Source: an uncultured Planctomycetota bacterium (lineage in GTDB: Bacteria > Planctomycetota > DG-23 > CAZBND01). Taken from it: a DNA stretch of 29,283 bases. Below the pieces are notes generated by a model that did no database searches, had not been told where the DNA came from, and saw only the letters and a list, made by a program, of their open reading frames with translations. Position 1 is the stretch's first letter; each line of letters begins with the position of its first letter. The stretch lies in contig CAZBND010000025.1 in assembly GCA_964493415.1 (NCBI GenBank), positions 14,785 to 44,067 on the forward strand, in the 5' to 3' direction. A program made the translations under genes and the position numbers. Shown here piece after piece: positions 24,430 to 29,283 of this stretch.

Positions 24430-25316
24430 GACTCAACAGAGTGCTCGCGGGCTTGGGAATGGACGTGTTCTTGAAGCTCGAGTGGTTCAGCCCGTTCGGC
24501 TCTACAAAGGATCGTGCGGCGAAGTATCTGCTGGATGGGATGGCGAAGAGGGGGGAATTGGAGGGGAGGGAAATAGTCGAGCCTACATCGGGGAATACGG
24601 GCATAGCCCTGGCGGCGCTGGGGGGAATCATGGGCAAGAAAGTGACTGTTACGGTGCCAAGCGGAGTGCCGGAGGAGAAGCAGATCATATTGAGAATGCT
24701 CGGCGCCGAGGTCTGGCCTACGCCGGACGATCTATGTCCGGTGGAGCATCCCAAGGACGGGGCGATCGCATTGGCGCATTCGTTCGTCAGAGGGGAATCG
24801 GGGCGGGGGCGCTACGCGATGCCCAACCAGTACGAGAACCCGGACAACGTCCGTGCACACTACGAGACGACGGGGCCGGAAATCTGGCGGCAGACCGAAG
24901 GCCAGGTTAGGTACTTCTTTGCCGGCGTGGGAACTTGCGGCACTATCACGGGGGTGGGCCGGTTCCTTAAGGAGAAAGATGCTCGGATACGGATAATCGG
25001 AATCGAACCCCAGAAGGGGCACAGACTGCCGGGCCTGAAGAACCTGGAGGAGTCCAAGGAGCCGGGCATCCTGGAGCGAGACCTGATAGACAGGATCGTC
25101 CGAGTGGATGACGGTCCGGCTTACGAAATGACGAGGCGGCTGTTCAGAGAAGAAGGACTGATAGTTGGGCCGTCAACCGGTGCCATTGTTCAAGGGATTG
25201 CGGAGTGCTCGCTGCACGGGGAAGGCGTGGCGGTAGGCATTTCGCCCGATGGCGGTTTTAAGTACGCGAGCTATTTCGCCGATGTCCTCGGTGACGAAGG
25301 CAAGCCTCAGGTGTGA
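24324..25316 (+). CDS. Cysteine synthase family PLP enzyme (CysK/CysM-like; candidate thiocarboxylate-dependent O-phosphoserine or O-acetylserine sulfhydrylase)
   Basis: TPLVRLNRV is followed by the PLP lysine motif SPFGSTKDRAAKYLL, the Gly-rich loop EPTSGNTGIALA, and GVGTCGTITG. ATG 24324 is preceded by GGAG. Confidence 0.88.
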   Translation: MAQTVAEKLGSRPALRRFSDARELIPSPANPTPLVRLNRVLAGLGMDVFLKLEWFSPFGSTKDRAAKYLLDGMAKRGELEGREIVEPTSGNTGIALAALGGIMGKKVTVTVPSGVPEEKQIILRMLGAEVWPTPDDLCPVEHPKDGAIALAHSFVRGESGRGRYAMPNQYENPDNVRAHYETTGPEIWRQTEGQVRYFFAGVGTCGTITGVGRFLKEKDARIRIIGIEPQKGHRLPGLKNLEESKEPGILERDLIDRIVRVDDGPAYEMTRRLFREEGLIVGPSTGAIVQGIAECSLHGEGVAVGISPDGGFKYASYFADVLGDEGKPQV

Positions 25317-26230
25317 AGGGGGCATCTATGAGTTCAGAGAGTGAACCGGTTGCGTACGACATAGCCGAGCTCAAAGCCGGAGGACTGATGAAGCAGAGCG
25401 AAAAGGATTTGTTCAGCGTTCGGCTGCGTGTCGTCGGCGGCTACATGAAGGCGGACCAGCTTGAGAAGCTTGCCGAAATCAGTCGGAAGTACGGTAGGGG
25501 CCATATTCACCTCACGACGCGCCAGGGAGCCGAGATACCGTACATCAGTTTCCATGACGTTGAGGATGTTCGATGCGAGCTGGCGGAGGTGGGCCTTGAA
25601 TTCGGCGCGTGCGGCACCAGGGTAAGGACGATTACAGCCTGTCAGGGGCTCTCCTGTTACAACGGCCTGATAGACGCCCAGGCGTTGGCGGCGAAGCTGG
25701 ACGAGAAGTTCTTTGGCAAAGGAGGATACCCGCACAAGTTCAAGATAGGCATTGCGGGATGCCCGAACGCGTGTACAAAGCCCCACGAGAACGACCTCGG
25801 CATAATGGGTAACATTCTGAAGGTGTTCGTCCCGGACCGTTGCACTCTATGCGGTTTGTGCGTCAAGGCCTGCCCGATCGAGGGAGCGCTGGAGATCATT
25901 GAAGGGGAACTCCAGTACCATCAGTCCGCGTGCGTGCGATGCGGAGCCTGCATAGCATCGTGCCCGACTGACGCGTGGGTCAGGGAAGCGGTTTCGTACG
26001 CAGTGTTCGCTGGCGGCAAGATGGGGAAGAATCCGCGCTTCGCGGACAGGCTTCCCTTTGACATAACCGACGAGAACAGCCTGGTGGTTCTCATCGACCG
26101 CGTTTTGGAGTGGTACAAGCGGAACGGGGTGAGGGGCGAACGCTTTGGAACAACCATAGATCGCGTTGGACTGGGAGCGCTCGTATCAGACCTGCAACAG
26201 GACCTTGGCGACGGGGGGCATAATGTTTGA
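25313..26230 (+). CDS. Small siroheme-[4Fe-4S] sulfite reductase with an inserted 2x[4Fe-4S] ferredoxin domain (AsrC / small assimilatory Sir / Dsr-like-protein type)
   Basis: The siroheme-cluster coupling motifs are TACQGLSCYNG (C-x5-C) and IAGCPNAC (C-x3-C). The ferredoxin motifs are CTLCGLCVKACP and CVRCGACIASCP. A GTG start overlaps the cysM-like stop as GTGA. No AsrA/AsrB partners are present. Confidence 0.78.
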   Translation: MKGASMSSESEPVAYDIAELKAGGLMKQSEKDLFSVRLRVVGGYMKADQLEKLAEISRKYGRGHIHLTTRQGAEIPYISFHDVEDVRCELAEVGLEFGACGTRVRTITACQGLSCYNGLIDAQALAAKLDEKFFGKGGYPHKFKIGIAGCPNACTKPHENDLGIMGNILKVFVPDRCTLCGLCVKACPIEGALEIIEGELQYHQSACVRCGACIASCPTDAWVREAVSYAVFAGGKMGKNPRFADRLPFDITDENSLVVLIDRVLEWYKRNGVRGERFGTTIDRVGLGALVSDLQQDLGDGGHNV

Positions 26231-26720
26231 TCTGTCAACGCTTGAGTCCAAAGTCCAAGAGTACTTCGGAGATGACGTAAGGCGGATGACACATACGCGG
26301 GAGGTTCTGGGCTACGCGCAGCGGATCCTTCGAGAGGTGGCGGCTAATGAAGAGGTCGTCCTGGCGGCAGCGCTGCTGCATGATATCGGGATACCGGAAG
26401 CGGAGCGGAGGCATGGGAGTGCCGCCGGGCGCTATCAGGAACTCGAAGGGCCCCCAATCGCGGAACGGATGCTCCGTGAACTGGGGGCCTCTCCGGAAAG
26501 TACGGATGCAGTCTGTGAACTGGTGGCGTGTCACCATACGCCCGGCAAGGTCGACTCTGCGGAGTTCGACGTTCTTTGGGATGCGGACTGGCTGGTCAAC
26601 TTGGCTGATGAGTTCAACGGAGCTTCCAGAGAAGGGCTTAAGGTGGCGATCGAGAGGGTCTTCCGAACTGAGACCGGACGGCGGCTGGCGGAAGGAGTCT
26701 ATCTTGACGGGGGCGGATAG
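26223..26720 (+). CDS. HD-domain metal-dependent phosphohydrolase
   Basis: The HD motif AAALLHDIG and downstream His (ACHHTP, D...D) are present. ATG at about 26223 overlaps the sulfite reductase stop, indicating translational coupling. Substrate unknown. Confidence 0.72.
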   Translation: MFDLSTLESKVQEYFGDDVRRMTHTREVLGYAQRILREVAANEEVVLAAALLHDIGIPEAERRHGSAAGRYQELEGPPIAERMLRELGASPESTDAVCELVACHHTPGKVDSAEFDVLWDADWLVNLADEFNGASREGLKVAIERVFRTETGRRLAEGVYLDGGG

Positions 26721-26803
26721 GTAACGGGAGGAAGTCGACTGACGCGGGATAAAGGAAGCAGAGCGCGACCTTGTGCTCGCAGGGGGCTGGAGATCTCCGG
26801 TTC

Positions 26804-26932
26804 GCGGGCGAGACTTTGGGGTCCGAAAGCAACCGTCACGGTTGCTCCCGTTGGCCGAAAATCTGGCCGCGAACTCTCGGACTCTCTGTTGAATACCCGC
26901 ATCTAGGTTAACAACGCCGTCCGTTTCGGACC
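26804..26932. repeat. Intergenic element bounded by a 13-bp inverted repeat (TTGGGGTCCGAAA ... TTTCGGACCCCAA) and enclosing internal hairpins. Candidate structured ncRNA or miniature inverted-repeat element.
   Basis: The arms lie at about 26808-26820 and 26920-26932. Inside are GCAACC-gtcac-GGTTGC and GGCC-gaaaatct-GGCC hairpins and a GTTAAC palindrome. A 10-bp palindrome GGAGATCTCC lies just upstream (about 26783). It sits in the 524-nt gap between the convergent HD and flotillin genes. Confidence 0.3.
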
Positions 26933-27244
26933 CCAATCCGACGGTTCGAACTTCCACCAGGCAAGTAAAATGGATAGGCGGCGATGTGGCCCTCGAAAGA
27001 CGCCTGACAGAATCGGCCTAAAGGCGGATTATAGATGGCAAACACACTCCATCTGTAAACGACGAACCCGATCTAATCGACGTTCGCGGGAGTGTGGCTG
27101 CGGACCAAGAGAACGAAAGGTTGTGGATTGCGCAAGGCAGCGCAACGATGGTCTTCCAACTGGCCAAGTGTGCCAACCAGCACCAGCGAGCGCTCAAAGG
27201 GGCGCAGTTACCTCAACGTTCGCACACAACGGGTTTCCAACGCG

Positions 27245-28750
27245 CTATTCTTCAGAGGCGGGTTGGTTATTGAGCATGTCTTTCAGGATAGTCCCCATCA
27301 GGGCGTCGGTCATTCCGCCGCCAGGTCCGCCCACCATTACGTCGGGCGTTATCTTTATTCCTTCTGTGGCGACAAGTTTCATAATTTCCAGCAATGCGGC
27401 ATTGTCCGCGCCGATTACTTCAGAGACCATTTTATAAGCCTGCGCCTTTGCCTCGGCGACAAGCTTGACCTGTTCGGCTTCCGCCTGGGCGTCGATGATT
27501 CTTTTTTGCTTTTCCTGCTCGGCGACTTTAACGCCGTAGGCGGCGGTAGCAAGGCGTTTTTCTTCCTCGGCCTCCTGTCGTGTGCTTTCGAGGGCCTTTT
27601 GTTTTTCGGCGGCCCGTTGCTGTTCCTCAAAAGTCGCCTGCTCCTGCAGGGCTATTTCGCGGTCGGTCTGAGTCTTTAGAAGGGCTCCAAGGGTTTCTAC
27701 GTCACCGACATCCCCTATTCGAACAGCCAGCACCGTAACACCGTATCCACTCAGTTCCTTCTCAAGCATCGAGGCGCTTTCTTGTTCCTGCACCGAACGG
27801 TTCTGGACGTAACCGAGGGCCTTGACCTGCTCGGCGTTATTTCTGAATATAGCCCGGACGGTGGGTGTAACGAGTTTGCTTAGGACCAAATCGTCGCCGC
27901 CTATGGTGGCTACGACGCGGGGAGCATTTTCGCGGTCAATTCGATAGCTCACACGAACATCGACTGGGAAGGTAAAACCATCTTTGCTTCGTACCGAGAT
28001 AGGCCGGCGTTCCTGTGTCTCCAGTTCTCCTCTTTCCAGCTCCATTGTATAACTGACTTTTACCTGACGGATGCTGACCTTGGTTATTTCATAGGCGTTG
28101 GTGTTCAGGTAATACTTACCTTCGGACAGGGGTGTATTCCAGATACCCCTCTGGCCTTTTTCGACGAGGCGGGCATCAGATTCTACTATTTCACCCACGT
28201 TGCTCTTTACGACTGCAACCGTTCCTATTTCAACGTTTGTTACCGGGACGTGGGTAACTGAAAACAACTTCGTATTGAGGCGGTATTTTCCCGGCTTCAG
28301 AACGGTAAGCTGCGGGCCTTTATAGCCCCTCCCTTCGTCGAGGAAATACTTGGCATCAATCATCTTGTCCGGTGTTTCCCATTCGGGCGCGTATATGGTA
28401 TCGGGAGGCAGGCTCCGACCGTCGGCCGCGGTCAACAGCCCGACACGATCCTGCTCTATCTCGATGACGGAGACTTTACTTACATCATATTGCCACGGCC
28501 AGTAGAAGAAATGCCAACCGGGTGTCAATACCTGGGCCTGGATGCCGTTCTCGCCGGTGACAGCGAGGATACGACCTTGCGGCAGCGGGCCTCCGCCAAG
28601 CTTCTTTTCCACGAGACCCACCTGGTCCCCGTCGATTTTCACCACTGAAATGGCAAAGACAATGACAAGGACGACCAGCAATACCAGGATTAGCATCGCA
28701 ACAGGACCGAGCTTTCTCAACCACGCGGGTAGAGCTTCATAACCATCCAT
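27245..28750 (-). CDS. Flotillin-like SPFH/Band-7 domain protein (FloT/YuaG-like)
   Basis: An N-terminal TM helix (VAMLILVLLVVLVIVFAISVV) precedes the SPFH domain. A long Glu/Ala/Gln/Lys-rich coiled coil (EQQRAAEKQKALESTRQEAEEEKRLA...AQAEAEQVKLVAEAKAQA) and a C-terminal flotillin tail follow. Confidence 0.88.
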   Translation of the reverse strand: MDGYEALPAWLRKLGPVAMLILVLLVVLVIVFAISVVKIDGDQVGLVEKKLGGGPLPQGRILAVTGENGIQAQVLTPGWHFFYWPWQYDVSKVSVIEIEQDRVGLLTAADGRSLPPDTIYAPEWETPDKMIDAKYFLDEGRGYKGPQLTVLKPGKYRLNTKLFSVTHVPVTNVEIGTVAVVKSNVGEIVESDARLVEKGQRGIWNTPLSEGKYYLNTNAYEITKVSIRQVKVSYTMELERGELETQERRPISVRSKDGFTFPVDVRVSYRIDRENAPRVVATIGGDDLVLSKLVTPTVRAIFRNNAEQVKALGYVQNRSVQEQESASMLEKELSGYGVTVLAVRIGDVGDVETLGALLKTQTDREIALQEQATFEEQQRAAEKQKALESTRQEAEEEKRLATAAYGVKVAEQEKQKRIIDAQAEAEQVKLVAEAKAQAYKMVSEVIGADNAALLEIMKLVATEGIKITPDVMVGGPGGGMTDALMGTILKDMLNNQPASEE

Positions 28751-29231
28751 GATTTACTCTCTCAATAAGATTCGCGGATTCAAAACATCACCTTTTGTTC
28801 AGCTTACCCCCATGCGATAAACAGTATGCAACCTGGACTTGCGGTGCAACCGTCCCATGGGTAAACTTCCGGTTGCTGTTCCCGTCACCATTCGATCTTC
28901 CTCCGCACAAAGCAGCATACCCGACGACGGACCGCCCATCGCCCCTGCCTGTCGAAAACCTTGGCGAAGGCAAGTGTCTTTATTCTATACTCGCCTCGCT
29001 GCCCGCACAAGGACTTTTTCGCCCGCCCATGGGGGCACCAGTCCGTATGCCCTGGCCAGCGTCTGACGCCCCAGGCCCATGTGCCGCCTATGATTGTAAT
29101 ATGTAATACACGAAGTAGCACCACTGCCCAGCCGAGCCCTCGCCAGAGTCGCGAGGAGCTTCCCCCCATCAGTTGGACAGGTGACGGGGCAAAATGAGCT
29201 AATGGTCTGTGGCCGTTGCACCTCCTTTCTC

Positions 29232-29251
29232 CCGCCCCCCATGGGGGGCGG
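29232..29251. repeat. Perfect 20-bp GC-rich palindrome CCGCCCCCCATGGGGGGCGG
   Basis: It is an exact reverse-complement palindrome centred on CATG and is immediately preceded by CACCTCCTTTCT. It has no U-tract on either strand, so it is more likely an operator or structural element than an intrinsic terminator. Confidence 0.4.
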
Positions 29252-29283
29252 CGCGCTTCCGAACTGCTGCTGAAGTAGACCTC

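Noticed and set aside
26235-26957. 240-aa ORF (-) antisense to the HD-domain gene
   Set aside because: It lies opposite a gene with an intact HD motif and a coupled start. The translation is low-complexity and Arg/Ser/Pro-rich.
26930-26960. GGTTCGAAC followed by CCA, resembling a tRNA T-loop and 3' end
   Set aside because: The flanking bases do not form a T-stem (gacgg / ttcca do not pair). No acceptor, anticodon or D-arm can be built, so it is not a tRNA.
28795-29242. Short ORFs in the last 500 nt (103 aa +, 94 aa -, 85 aa -)
   Set aside because: They have no RBS support or domains. Their composition is biased and they overlap one another. The region is more likely the 5' UTR and promoter of the flotillin gene plus the palindromic element.

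Overview
This is a high-GC bacterial window that is almost entirely coding. It holds four functional blocks. (1) Positions 1-2031 (+): a membrane-anchored thioredoxin-fold protein with a SurA-N-like domain, followed by a CcdA/DsbD-family thiol-disulfide transporter. (2) Positions 2179-14163 (-): a 12-kb run of co-directional genes. It contains an ArsR-like regulator, a small Cys-containing ORF, a SAM methyltransferase, an ABC-2 exporter (ATPase plus permease), a MOT1/SulP-like permease, an ECF sigma factor, a zinc-finger (ZAS-type) anti-sigma factor, an LTXXQ (Spy/CpxP/ZraP-like) periplasmic protein, a small secreted His/Cys-rich protein, and a tripartite RND efflux pump (OMF lipoprotein, MFP adaptor, RND permease). 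(3) Positions 14271-17138 (+): an arsenic operon arsR-arsC-acr3-arsM, divergent from the second ArsR. (4) Positions 18522-26720 (+): a tightly packed, translationally coupled cluster under a sigma70-like promoter. It contains an Rrf2 (CymR/IscR-like) regulator, APS reductase (CysH, Fe-S type), ATP sulfurylase (Sat), a TusA-like protein, a threonine-synthase-like PLP enzyme with an N-terminal zinc ribbon, a ThiS/MoaD-like sulfur-carrier protein whose Gly-Gly is internal and followed by a C-terminal NIL domain, a MoeB/ThiF-type E1, a JAMM/MPN+ metalloprotease, a CysK/CysM-like PLP enzyme, a small siroheme sulfite reductase with a ferredoxin insert, and an HD hydrolase. This reads as a complete sulfate-to-sulfide pathway feeding protein-thiocarboxylate-dependent cysteine and/or homocysteine synthesis, with an unusual carrier-NIL fusion. 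It is the most interesting thing in the window. A THUMP-less ThiI-like PP-loop ATPase lies divergently upstream of this cluster. A flotillin-like SPFH protein (-) and a structured, inverted-repeat-rich intergenic element lie downstream. Many long ORFs in the six-frame track are Arg/Pro/Gly-rich antisense shadows of real genes, as expected at this GC content, and are rejected. Motif coordinates that I indexed by hand may be off by 1-2 nt. CDS coordinates follow the ORF track, with starts adjusted only where an RBS or a stop/start overlap supports the change.
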